51,234 bases of DNA from Thermoplasmata archaeon (lineage in GTDB: Archaea > Thermoplasmatota > Thermoplasmata > Lutacidiplasmatales > UBA184): NCBI GenBank assembly GCA_021812305.1, contig JAKAOB010000001.1, positions 1 to 51,234 on the forward strand. The letters are read 5' to 3'. Below are positions 25,527-33,580 of the stretch, one piece after another. Within the stretch, counting starts at the first letter, position 1. Every line of letters begins with the position of its first letter. The position numbers and the translations under genes were made by a program. The notes beneath the pieces are model-generated. The model saw only the letters and a program-made list of their open reading frames with translations. It made no database searches and had not been told where the DNA came from.

Positions 25527-25616
25527 CTGGTCCGCCGGGGCCCGCCGCCCCCTGCCGCGCGTCCGCACGGCGGGCCGGCCCGGTAGCCTAAGCGCTCCCG
25601 CGGCCGTGCCGGGGGG

Positions 25617-26237
25617 ATGACCGATCTCGACGGAGGGACGGCCGCCGTCCGGCTCGCCCGGGACGCGATCGCCCACGTCCTCGGCCCGGCGCCGGGGCGG
25701 GATCCGGCCGCCGCGTTCCGCGATCGCCCGCTCCCGGCGGTCCTCGAGGAGCCGCGCGGGGTCTTCGTCACCCTCACGGCGCCTCCCGACGGCCGCCTGC
25801 GCGGGTGCATCGGCTACCCGGTGCCGGTCTACCCGCTCCGGGTCGCCATCCCCCGGGTCGCGGCCGCGAGCGCCCTCGAGGACCCCCGGTTCCCGCCCGT
25901 GCGGCCCCGGGAGCTCCCCGCCCTCACGGTCGAGGTCTCGATACTCTCCGTTCCCGAACCGGTCGTCGCCGAGGCGCCGGAGCGCCTGGTCGAGCTCGTG
26001 AAGGTCGGCCGCGACGGGCTGATCGTCGACGCCGACGGGCAGAGCGGGCTGCTCCTCCCGCAGGTCGCGGCCGAGGAGGGCTGGGACGCGCGGACGTTCC
26101 TCGCCGAGACGTGCCGCAAGGCCGGGCTGCGCGCGGAGGCCTGGCGCAGCCCCGGCACCCGCGTCCGGCGGTTCTCGGCCGAGGTCTTTTCCGAGGCGAC
26201 GCCCAGCGGGGCGGTGCGCGCGCGGTCGCCCGGCTAG
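25617..26237 (+). CDS. AMMECR1 domain protein
   Basis: 206 aa. Motifs seen: GVFVTLT, the hallmark LRGCIGY, DPRFPPV, EVSILS, and GLLLPQVAAEEGWD. Confidence 0.9.
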   Translation: MTDLDGGTAAVRLARDAIAHVLGPAPGRDPAAAFRDRPLPAVLEEPRGVFVTLTAPPDGRLRGCIGYPVPVYPLRVAIPRVAAASALEDPRFPPVRPRELPALTVEVSILSVPEPVVAEAPERLVELVKVGRDGLIVDADGQSGLLLPQVAAEEGWDARTFLAETCRKAGLRAEAWRSPGTRVRRFSAEVFSEATPSGAVRARSPG

Positions 26238-29218
26238 GGGGCGACCCGCTCGAGGCGCGCGGCGAAGGCGCGGCCGTCGACGTCGTAGGCGGTGAGGCCG
26301 CTCCCGTCGGGGGCCGGACCGCGCGCGAGCTCGAGGTGGTCGGCGAGCAGCTCGCGCACGAGCGTCGAGCGGGCGGGCTCGAGCGCCCGGTAGATCTCCT
26401 CGTCGGCGACGACGGTGAGCCGGACGTGGTCGGCGAAGTCCAGCCCGAGCTCCTTGCGGGCCCGCTGCAGGCGGCGCAGGACCTCCCGCACGAGCCCTTC
26501 GGCGACGAGGCCGGGGTCGGGCGCCCGCGGGAGCGCGACCGCCGGCGTCCCGTCCTCCTCCGCGACGACCCAGGCCGACTCCGGATAGCGCTCGCCATCG
26601 ATGCGCGGGGCGCGGACCACGGACTTCACGTTGAGCTCGTCGGCGAGGAGGCGGTCGCCCTCGGCGCCGAGGGCGGCGTAGGCCCGGGCGAGGGCGGGCG
26701 TGACGACGACAGCGGACAGGGGCATGCGGGCCTTCACCCCGGCGCGCTGGCGCAGCTCGCGGCCGGTCTCGACCAGATGCCGCAGGCCGGTCATCCCCGC
26801 GTCGAGCACCGGGTCGGCCCCGCCGGGCGCGTCGGGCCAGCGCGCGAGGTGGACGGAGCTCTCCGCCCGGTCGAGGACGTCGCCCCGCAGCTCGGTCCAG
26901 AGCACCTCGGCCGTGTAGGGAGCGAACGGGGCGAGGAGCCGGGCGCTCACGCCGAGGACGTAGCCGAGGGTGCGGCCGGCGGCCCGCCGGTCCTCCGTCG
27001 CCTCCTCCTCCCAGAAACGGGGCCGGCTGCGCCGGAGGTACCAGGTGCTGAGATCATCGACGAACCCCCGCAGCGCGAGGGCACCGGCCCGGGGGTCGTA
27101 TCCTTCGAGCGCCGCGGTGACGGCGCGGACCGTCGCGTCGAGGCGGGAGAGGATCCACGCGTCCAGGCGCGTGGTCGGCACCGGCGGCCGCTCGAGATCG
27201 TCCGCCGAACCGGGCGGGGCGTTGGCGCGGAAGAACTCGAGGACGTTGAGGATCGTGCCGAGGGTGCGCTGGCCGGCCTGGCGGATCGCGGCCTCGGTCA
27301 CGGCCATCGGCTCGGTGAAGTCGATCGAGAGGAACCAGAAGCGGACCGCGTCGCCCCCGTGCGTGGCGAGCAGGGTGAGCGGGTCGAGGACGTTCCCCTT
27401 CGACTTCGACATCTTCTGCCCGGCGGCGTCGAGGGCGAGGCCGTTCACGACGCACCGGCGGTACGCCGGCCGGTGGAACAGCGCCGTCGAGAGGACGAGG
27501 AGGGTGTAGAACCATCCCCGGGTCTGGTCGAGGCCCTCCGCGATGAAGTCGAGCGGGGTCGCGGGGTGAAACGGCCCCGGCTCGAACGGGTAGTGGTACT
27601 GGGCGAACGGCGCGGACCCGCTGTCGTACCAGGCGTCGATCGTGTACGGCTCCCGGCGGGCCTCGGACGGGTGCCCGGCGGCGGTGCACGCGGGGCACGG
27701 AAAGCGCAGCGCGTCGACGGTCACCCGGTGGGGGTCGAAGCCGGCGGGGAGCGCGGCGCCGGTGAGGCGGGCGAGCTCCTCGAAGCTCCCCACGCACGTG
27801 GCATGGCCCGACGGACACATCCAGATCGGGAGCGGCGTCCCCCAGTAGCGGCTGCGCGAAAGCGCCCAGTCCTTCGCCTCGGTGAGGAAGTTGCCGAACC
27901 GCCCGTCCCGCAGGTGCTCCGGGACCCAGCCGACGGTGGCGTTGTTCTCCAGGAGCTCGCGGGAAAAACGGCTCGTCCGCACGAACCAGGAGTCGACGGC
28001 CCGGTAGATGAGGGGGGTCGCGCAGCGCCAGCAGAACGGGTACGTGTGCCGGATCGTCGTCTCGCGGGCGAGCGCGCCGTGCTCCCTCAGGATCGAGAGG
28101 AGGACCTTGTCCGCGGCCTTGAACGGCCGCCCGGCGACCTCGGGGACGCGGTCGGTGAAGACGCCGCGGCTGTCGAGCGGGTCGAAGCTGCCGACGCCCT
28201 CGCGCGCACCGATCCGCTGGTCCTCGGGGCCGAAGGCGGGCGCCGTGTGGACGAAGCCGGTCCCCTCCTTCGCTTCGACGGAATCGTCCAGGACGACCCG
28301 GTAGCGGTTCGGCCCGGGCCCGGCGTGGGGAAAGAGCGGGACGTAGGCGCGGCCCTCCAGGTCGGCGCCCGTCAGCCGGCCCAGGACCTTCGGGGACGAG
28401 GGGACCTCGCGCTCGAGGGCCGCCTCGGCGAGGACCTCCTCCGTCCCCGCCTCGCCGGCGACGCGGACGTAGACGAGGTCGCGCCGCGCCGCGAGGAGGA
28501 GGTTCGACGGCAAGGTCCACGGCGTGGTCGTCCAGACGAGAAGGTCCGTCGGGGCCTCGCCGGGCCGCGCGACGAGGCGGAAGCGGACGACGACCGACGG
28601 GTCCGTCGCGTCGCGGTAGCCCTGGGCGACCTCGTGCGAGGACAGCGGGGTCTCGCACCGCGGACAGTAGGGAAGCACGTAGTGGCCTTTCTCGAGCAGG
28701 CCGCGGTCGAACAACTGCCGGAGCGACCACCAGACGCTCTCGATGTACGGTGCGTCCATCGTGCGGTACGCGCCCTCGTAGTCGAGCCAGTAGCCCATCC
28801 GCTCGCTCATCTCGCGCCAGAGCGCGATCGTCTCGAGGGCGCTCGACCGGCACTCCCGGCAGAAGCGCTCGACGCCGAACGCCTCGATCTCCTTCTTCGA
28901 GCGCAGGCCGTGGCGCTTCTCGATCTCGAGCTCGACCGGGAGTCCGTGGCAGTCCCAGCCGGCCATCGGGGTCACGATGCGCCGTCCCCGCATCCTCCAG
29001 AAGCGCAGCTCGGTGTCCTTGAGCGTCCGGCCGACGACGTGCCCGACGTGCGGGGCGCCGTTCGCCGTCGGCGGGCCCTCGGTGAAGTAAAACGGCGGTC
29101 CGTCGGCCGGCCCCGCGCGGGCCCGGGCGGGGACACCGGTCCGCTCCCAGTAGGCTCGGATGCGGGCCGCCCGCTCCTCCGACCCTCCGGGGGGTCCCCG
29201 GCCCGCGTCCTCCGGCAC
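26234..29218 (-). CDS. ileS: Isoleucine--tRNA ligase
   Basis: Motifs seen: the HIGH motif GPPTANGAPHVGH, GWDCHGLPVE, WALSRSRYWGTPLPIW, KMSKSKGNV, and the IleRS-type C-terminus (ELNVK..., EGLVREVLRRLQRARKELGL). The tracked ORF continues to 29674, but that part overlaps the next gene. GTG 29218 is the first plausible start, with TCTTATCT about 28-35 nt upstream. Confidence 0.95.
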   Translation of the reverse strand: MPEDAGRGPPGGSEERAARIRAYWERTGVPARARAGPADGPPFYFTEGPPTANGAPHVGHVVGRTLKDTELRFWRMRGRRIVTPMAGWDCHGLPVELEIEKRHGLRSKKEIEAFGVERFCRECRSSALETIALWREMSERMGYWLDYEGAYRTMDAPYIESVWWSLRQLFDRGLLEKGHYVLPYCPRCETPLSSHEVAQGYRDATDPSVVVRFRLVARPGEAPTDLLVWTTTPWTLPSNLLLAARRDLVYVRVAGEAGTEEVLAEAALEREVPSSPKVLGRLTGADLEGRAYVPLFPHAGPGPNRYRVVLDDSVEAKEGTGFVHTAPAFGPEDQRIGAREGVGSFDPLDSRGVFTDRVPEVAGRPFKAADKVLLSILREHGALARETTIRHTYPFCWRCATPLIYRAVDSWFVRTSRFSRELLENNATVGWVPEHLRDGRFGNFLTEAKDWALSRSRYWGTPLPIWMCPSGHATCVGSFEELARLTGAALPAGFDPHRVTVDALRFPCPACTAAGHPSEARREPYTIDAWYDSGSAPFAQYHYPFEPGPFHPATPLDFIAEGLDQTRGWFYTLLVLSTALFHRPAYRRCVVNGLALDAAGQKMSKSKGNVLDPLTLLATHGGDAVRFWFLSIDFTEPMAVTEAAIRQAGQRTLGTILNVLEFFRANAPPGSADDLERPPVPTTRLDAWILSRLDATVRAVTAALEGYDPRAGALALRGFVDDLSTWYLRRSRPRFWEEEATEDRRAAGRTLGYVLGVSARLLAPFAPYTAEVLWTELRGDVLDRAESSVHLARWPDAPGGADPVLDAGMTGLRHLVETGRELRQRAGVKARMPLSAVVVTPALARAYAALGAEGDRLLADELNVKSVVRAPRIDGERYPESAWVVAEEDGTPAVALPRAPDPGLVAEGLVREVLRRLQRARKELGLDFADHVRLTVVADEEIYRALEPARSTLVRELLADHLELARGPAPDGSGLTAYDVDGRAFAARLERVAP

Positions 29219-29286
29219 GCGGCGCGCGGAGGCGGGGCCGGGAGATAAGATGCACCGCCGCCGGGCCGTCGCCTCCGGCGGAACGT

Positions 29287-30045
29287 TCAGCGGGAAAGAC
29301 CCGGTGGGGGCGGCGAACGCGACACCGGACCGACGTGGCCGCCGGCGTGCTGCCGGACGATGGTCCCGTCCACCCGGGCGATCTCGCAGCCGGCGCCGAG
29401 GACGATGCGGTCGGCCCGGAGGTACTCGCACACCACGCCCTCGAGGTCGACCTCCCGGGCGTCGATGCGCAGGACCGTGAGCTCCCCTCGGGGGCCGAGG
29501 CGCCGGGGCGCGCGAAGGGTGATGCGCTCGGCCGCGAGGCGATCGGCCCGGGAGCGGCCGCGCAGGCGGCCGTCGAGGGTCGTCGCGGTCAGCGCCCCGT
29601 CCAGCGTAAGTCGTCCGTCGAAGAGCACCGGGCCACCGGCCAGGTCGCCCCGCGCGTCCAGGTGGCCGGTCCACTCGGTCCGCCCCGTGACCCGAAGGCT
29701 ACCGCCGCACTCGAGCCGGCCCCGGAGATGGGCGCTCCCCGCCGAGAGACCGGCCCCGATGCGGGCGGACCCCTCGATCGTCAGCGCCTCCGCGACCTCG
29801 ACCGGGCCGCCGACCTCCAGGGTGCCCCGCGACGCGACCTCGCGCGCCCGCAGCGCCCCTCCGATCGTGATGAGCCCGCCGAGGTCCACGCGGTCGGCGT
29901 CGACGTCGCGGACCACCCGGGCCGCCCCCGTGGCCTCCCACCGGCGGGCCCGGACCGCGTCCCGGCGGACGCTGCCGTGGTCGTCGACATCGGCCGGGGG
30001 CGGCCCGGCCGGCGCGGCCGGTGGCGCGGGAACGCGGGTCGCCAC
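29287..30045 (-). CDS. Bactofilin-like (polymer-forming cytoskeletal, DUF583-like beta-helix) protein
   Basis: 252 aa. After a Pro/Ala-rich N-terminus there are repeated short beta-strand units rich in G/L/V/R. Examples are VDLGGLITIGGALRAREVASRGTLEVGGPVEVAEALTIEGSARIGAGLSAGSAHLRGRLECGGSLRVTG and GDLAGGPVLFDGRLTLDGALTATTLDGRL. Confidence 0.6.
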   Translation of the reverse strand: MATRVPAPPAAPAGPPPADVDDHGSVRRDAVRARRWEATGAARVVRDVDADRVDLGGLITIGGALRAREVASRGTLEVGGPVEVAEALTIEGSARIGAGLSAGSAHLRGRLECGGSLRVTGRTEWTGHLDARGDLAGGPVLFDGRLTLDGALTATTLDGRLRGRSRADRLAAERITLRAPRRLGPRGELTVLRIDAREVDLEGVVCEYLRADRIVLGAGCEIARVDGTIVRQHAGGHVGPVSRSPPPPGLSR

Positions 30046-30054
30046 GGCCGTCCC

Positions 30055-30501
30055 CTACCCGGACCTCGCGACCGGAGGGATGCCCAGGCGGCGGTGCTGG
30101 ACCATGATGCAGAGGTTCTGAACGACGGGGATCCCCTTCTCCTCGGCCCGCGCCGCGGCCCCGGCATGCTCGACCCCGAGCTGGAGCCAGATGGCGCCGG
30201 CGGACCGCGCGATGGCCTCGTCCACGACCGGCGGCACCTGGTCGCTGCGCCGGAAGACATCGACGATGTCGATCGAAACATCCCCCGGGATCGCGGAGAG
30301 GCTCGGATACGCGCGCTCCCCGAGCACCTCGGTCAGCATCGGATTGACGGGGAGGATGCGGTAGCCCTGGGCCTTCAGGTACCGGGCCACCTCGTTCGAG
30401 TCGCGCTCGGGCTTGTCCGAGAGCCCGACGACCGCGATCGTACGGGCGCCGGTCAGGAGGTCCCTGAGGCGTGCGTCGGTCGCCTCCATCGCGCGGTCCA
30501 C
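30055..30501 (-). CDS. CoA-binding domain protein (YccU/YneT type)
   Basis: 148 aa. Supporting sequence: ARTIAVVGLSDKPERDSNEVARYLKAQGYRILPVNP, IDIVDVFRRSD, and IWLQLGV. Confidence 0.85.
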   Translation of the reverse strand: MDRAMEATDARLRDLLTGARTIAVVGLSDKPERDSNEVARYLKAQGYRILPVNPMLTEVLGERAYPSLSAIPGDVSIDIVDVFRRSDQVPPVVDEAIARSAGAIWLQLGVEHAGAAARAEEKGIPVVQNLCIMVQHRRLGIPPVARSG

Positions 30502-31484
30502 CCCGTCTCGTTACAAGAGGCTGACGCCCCCGCCGTACGCGACGGATCGGGCCCCTCGGCGCCCGGCGGGGGTGCGGACGGCGGCGGGGGCGGGGGGATC
30601 GGCCAGGCATAGACCGGGAGCCCGGGCGGTCCGCCCGCTCCCCATACCGCGACCGGCGCCAGCGGCGGGGGTCGCGATCGGAGGTAGAGGACGAGCGCGA
30701 CGGCGAGCCCGATCCCGATGACCCCGTAGTGGACGGCCAGCCCCCCGTCGGGAGAGATCAGCTCGAGGAAGGCGGCGGCGTCGTTGGCCCCGTGCAGCAG
30801 GGCGACGATCATCAGGTTGCCGCCGGAGGCCCGGACCGTCAGGGCGAAGGCGAGGCCCAGGAGGAACAGGGTCGGGTAGATGAACGGCGCGGCGGGCCCG
30901 TAGGTGGTCCCGTAATAGAGGTGCACCGAGGCGAACAGCGCGCTCGTCCACACCGCGTGGACGGTCCAGCGGGGCGAGCGGCGCGCGAGCCAGTAGCCGA
31001 AGATCCATCCGCGGAAGATGGTCTCCTCGATGGCCCCGATGACGAAGGAGAACGCGACCCAGAACCATGGGTCGGACCTGGCGTTCTCGAGGACCGGGTT
31101 CGGACGGGAGAGCAGGCGGAGCGCCGACGGGTCGACGGCGGCGTAGACGATCGCGAGAACGATCGTCACCCCGAGCGCGAGGATCGACAGGAGCCCGTAC
31201 CACCGCAGTCCCTCGATGCTCGCCGTCCGGAGGTGCGACGCCCAACCCGCCAGCGGGCGAGCGCCCACCAGGACCGCGAAGGAAAGGATGGGGATCCCGT
31301 AGACGACGAGGAGACCCGTATAGGGCCCGTAGAGGACCGCCAGGGACGGGACGAGCTCCGGCACGACGTACTGGCTGAGGATCGCCGCGACGGTGACGGC
31401 CACGGCCACCGCATAGGCCCCCACGGATCCGAGCGCGCCGGACCCGTCCGTCGCGCCGGCCGTTGCCCCTCCGGCGAGCGCCAC
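30453..31484 (-). CDS. CPBP-family intramembrane glutamic endopeptidase (CAAX protease / Abi family)
   Basis: 343 aa and multi-pass. Motif 1 is IGAIEETIFRGWIFGY (EExxxR), motif 2 is LFASVHLYYG (FxxxH), and motif 3 is LLHGANDAAAF. A Pro-rich C-terminal tail overlaps the next gene by 49 nt. Confidence 0.85.
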   Translation of the reverse strand: MALAGGATAGATDGSGALGSVGAYAVAVAVTVAAILSQYVVPELVPSLAVLYGPYTGLLVVYGIPILSFAVLVGARPLAGWASHLRTASIEGLRWYGLLSILALGVTIVLAIVYAAVDPSALRLLSRPNPVLENARSDPWFWVAFSFVIGAIEETIFRGWIFGYWLARRSPRWTVHAVWTSALFASVHLYYGTTYGPAAPFIYPTLFLLGLAFALTVRASGGNLMIVALLHGANDAAAFLELISPDGGLAVHYGVIGIGLAVALVLYLRSRPPPLAPVAVWGAGGPPGLPVYAWPIPPPPPPSAPPPGAEGPDPSRTAGASASCNETGWTARWRRPTHASGTS

Positions 31485-31546
31485 GGCGCTCGGACCCGGT
31501 GCGGCTACATATGCGTTCGGCGCATCGCCCCGCCGAGGGGTCGAGC

Positions 31547-33373
31547 GTGGACATCGCGGTCCTGATCAAGGTCGTCCCGAACCTGGAGCGCCTGCACTAC
31601 GACCCCGGCCGCAAGACCGTCGTCCGCGAGGGAACGGAGCTGTTCATCAACCCCTTCGACCAGCGCGCGGTCCGCGTCGCGCTCGACCTGCGCCGGCCCG
31701 GCGAGCGCGTCACCGTCCTCTCGATGGGACCTCCCCCGGCGGAGACGGCGTTGCGCGAGACCCTCGCCCTCGGGGCCGATGCGGCGGTCCTGGTCACGGA
31801 CCGGGCCCTCGCCGGCTCGGACACCCTCGTCACGGCGCGGGTCCTCGTCCGAGCGCTCGCGCGCACCGGCCACGACCTCGTCCTGACCGGGGCCTGGACG
31901 ACCGACTCGGAGACCGGCCAGGTCGGTCCCGAGGTCGCCGGTCTCCTCGGCGTCCCGGTGGTCGCCGAGGCCCAGACGCTCCGGCGCGACGACGCCGGGG
32001 GGCTCGAGGCGGTGACGGACGCGGACGGCGGGACGGAGGCCTGGCGTTTCCGAGCGCCGGCCCTGGTCACCGTCGGGGAGAAGATCGCCCGGATCCGCAA
32101 GCCGACCGCCGCGGAGCTCGAGGAGGCCGGCCCGCGCCCGGTCGTCCGCCTCAGCGCCGCCGACCTTGGCCTTTCGATGGCGGAGGTGGGCCTCGACGCC
32201 TCCCCGACCGTCGTGGCCACCCTGCGCGACGACGAGCCGACGCGCGGCCACCTCAGCTTCCCCGACGGCACGGTCGAGGAGCGGGTGCGTGCGGCGGTCG
32301 AGGTGCTCCGTCCGCTCGTGGCGCAGCCGCCGGCGCCGGAGCGGGCGTGGCCGCCCCTCTCGGCGGAACGGGACCCCTCCGGCGAGGTCCTGGTCCTCGT
32401 GACCGGGCGGGAGGGGACGCTCCACGCCTCCGGGCTCGCCATGCTCGCGGAGGTGCGTCGCTCGCTCTCACCGAAGTGGCCGACGGCGATCTGGGGGGGC
32501 CCCGACCCGACGCCGGCCGACCGGGACGCGATCGCCTCCGCGGGGGCCGCCCGGATCCTGACGGTGGCGCTACCGGTACCCGTCGACCCCCGCCCCCTCG
32601 CCGAGGCGCTGCGGCCGCGGACCGAAGGCGCCACGCCGCCGGCCGCCGCGATGTTCCGGTCCCACTCCTTCGGCCGTTCCGTCGCCGCCCTCCTGGCCGC
32701 CCGACGGGGGCTCGGACTCGTCGGCGACGCGGTCGGTGTGCGTCCGCTCGCGGACGGCGGCGTGGAGTGGGAGAAGCCCTCCTTCGGCGGAGGGGTGATC
32801 GCGGGGATACGGACGCGCAGCGTCCCCTCGCTCGCCACCGTGCGGGACGGGGCGTTCCGCCCGCCGCCGCCCGCCGCCCCCGGACCGATCGAGTCCGTCC
32901 CGATCGACGCGGGCGGCCCCCGGGGGCCCGGGCCGGAGCGCACGGGAACGACGGTCGAGACCCCCGGCCCCTGGGGGGAGCTCGCCGGGGCCCGGATCGT
33001 GCTCGCCGTCGGGATGGGGCTCGGCGGACCGGACCGGCTCTCCGAGATCGCCCCGACCCTCGCCCGCTGGGACGCGGCCCTCGGGGCGAGCCGACGGGTC
33101 GTCGACGCCGGATGGGTGCCCCGGTCCCGCCAGATCGGGCTCACCGGCCGGTCGGTGGCGCCCGTCCTCGGGGTCCTGGTCGGCGTGAGCGGCTCGGCGA
33201 ACCACCTGGTCGGCTACCGACGCGCGCGCGCGCTCCTCGCGGTCAACCCCGATCCCAAGGCGCCGGTCTTCCGCGGGGTGGACGCGGGGATCGTCGGGCG
33301 GTGGGAGGAGGTCCTCCCGTCGCTCACTTCCGCCGTGGCGTCGCTCGGGATCGTGCCCGCGCCGACCGCGTGA
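31547..33373 (+). CDS. etfBA: Fused electron-transfer flavoprotein, beta (N-terminal) plus alpha (C-terminal) subunits in one polypeptide
   Basis: The N-terminus VDIAVLIKVVPNLERLHYDP...INPFDQRAVRVAL is EtfB-like. The C-terminus ...IVLAVGMGLGG...GASRRVVDAGWVPRSRQIGLTGRSVAPVLGVLVGVSGSANHLVG...LLAVNPDPKAPVF is the EtfA FAD-binding domain. I prefer the GTG 31547 start; ATG 31511 is an alternative. Confidence 0.85.
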   Translation: MDIAVLIKVVPNLERLHYDPGRKTVVREGTELFINPFDQRAVRVALDLRRPGERVTVLSMGPPPAETALRETLALGADAAVLVTDRALAGSDTLVTARVLVRALARTGHDLVLTGAWTTDSETGQVGPEVAGLLGVPVVAEAQTLRRDDAGGLEAVTDADGGTEAWRFRAPALVTVGEKIARIRKPTAAELEEAGPRPVVRLSAADLGLSMAEVGLDASPTVVATLRDDEPTRGHLSFPDGTVEERVRAAVEVLRPLVAQPPAPERAWPPLSAERDPSGEVLVLVTGREGTLHASGLAMLAEVRRSLSPKWPTAIWGGPDPTPADRDAIASAGAARILTVALPVPVDPRPLAEALRPRTEGATPPAAAMFRSHSFGRSVAALLAARRGLGLVGDAVGVRPLADGGVEWEKPSFGGGVIAGIRTRSVPSLATVRDGAFRPPPPAAPGPIESVPIDAGGPRGPGPERTGTTVETPGPWGELAGARIVLAVGMGLGGPDRLSEIAPTLARWDAALGASRRVVDAGWVPRSRQIGLTGRSVAPVLGVLVGVSGSANHLVGYRRARALLAVNPDPKAPVFRGVDAGIVGRWEEVLPSLTSAVASLGIVPAPTA

Positions 33374-33569
33374 CCGCGAGCGTCGCCTCGGCCGTCTGCA
33401 GCGCGGCCAGCAGGTCGTCGGCGCTGCGGCGCAGCGAGCCGGCGGAGTCGCCCGTCAGCGTCAGGGTGAGGCGGGTGCCCTTTTGCCGCGCGGTGACGAA
33501 GCCGGGGTCGTCGACCGCCACGGCCCGGCCGACGCGCTCCGCCATCGCCGCCGCGGCGTAGCGGCGCAC
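33324..33569 (-). CDS. Small Pcc1-like (KEOPS subunit-like) protein; start codon unresolved
   Basis: The high-GC3 frame reads ...RLTLTLVRRYAAAAMAERVGRAVAVDDPGFVTARQKGTRLTLTLTGDSAGSLRRSADDLLAALQTAEATL. It follows the beta-alpha-beta-beta-alpha pattern and the xDSxALRxxxNSxLRxIxxA-like motif of Pcc1. The first canonical start in frame is GTG 33569. The 3' end overlaps the convergent etf gene by 50 nt. Confidence 0.45.
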   Translation of the reverse strand: MRRYAAAAMAERVGRAVAVDDPGFVTARQKGTRLTLTLTGDSAGSLRRSADDLLAALQTAEATLAVTRSARARSRATPRRK

Positions 33570-33580
33570 CAGCGTGAGCG

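Noticed and set aside
25805-29248. 1147-aa plus-strand ORF antisense to ileS
   Set aside because: Its composition is low-complexity and rich in R, G, P, A and E. It is exactly antisense to a well-supported IleRS gene with HIGH and KMSKS motifs. The same reasoning applies to 44525..46624 (-), 40810..43434 (+), 38365..40089 (+), 22387..23901 (-) and similar ORFs.
29219-29674. N-terminal 152 codons of tracked ORF 26234..29674 (longer IleRS)
   Set aside because: The segment is Arg/Pro-rich and overlaps the bactofilin-like gene. IleRS-like sequence begins just after GTG 29218, which also has a TATA-like element upstream.
30453-30501. 49-nt overlap between the CPBP protease 3' end and the CoA-binding gene start; likewise the 39-nt (2263-2301) and 50-nt (33324-33373) convergent overlaps
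   Set aside because: These are most simply explained by low-complexity C-terminal tails reading on until the first stop in GC-rich DNA, or by a slightly downstream true start (for example ATG 30489). There is no evidence of programmed overlap or frameshifting.
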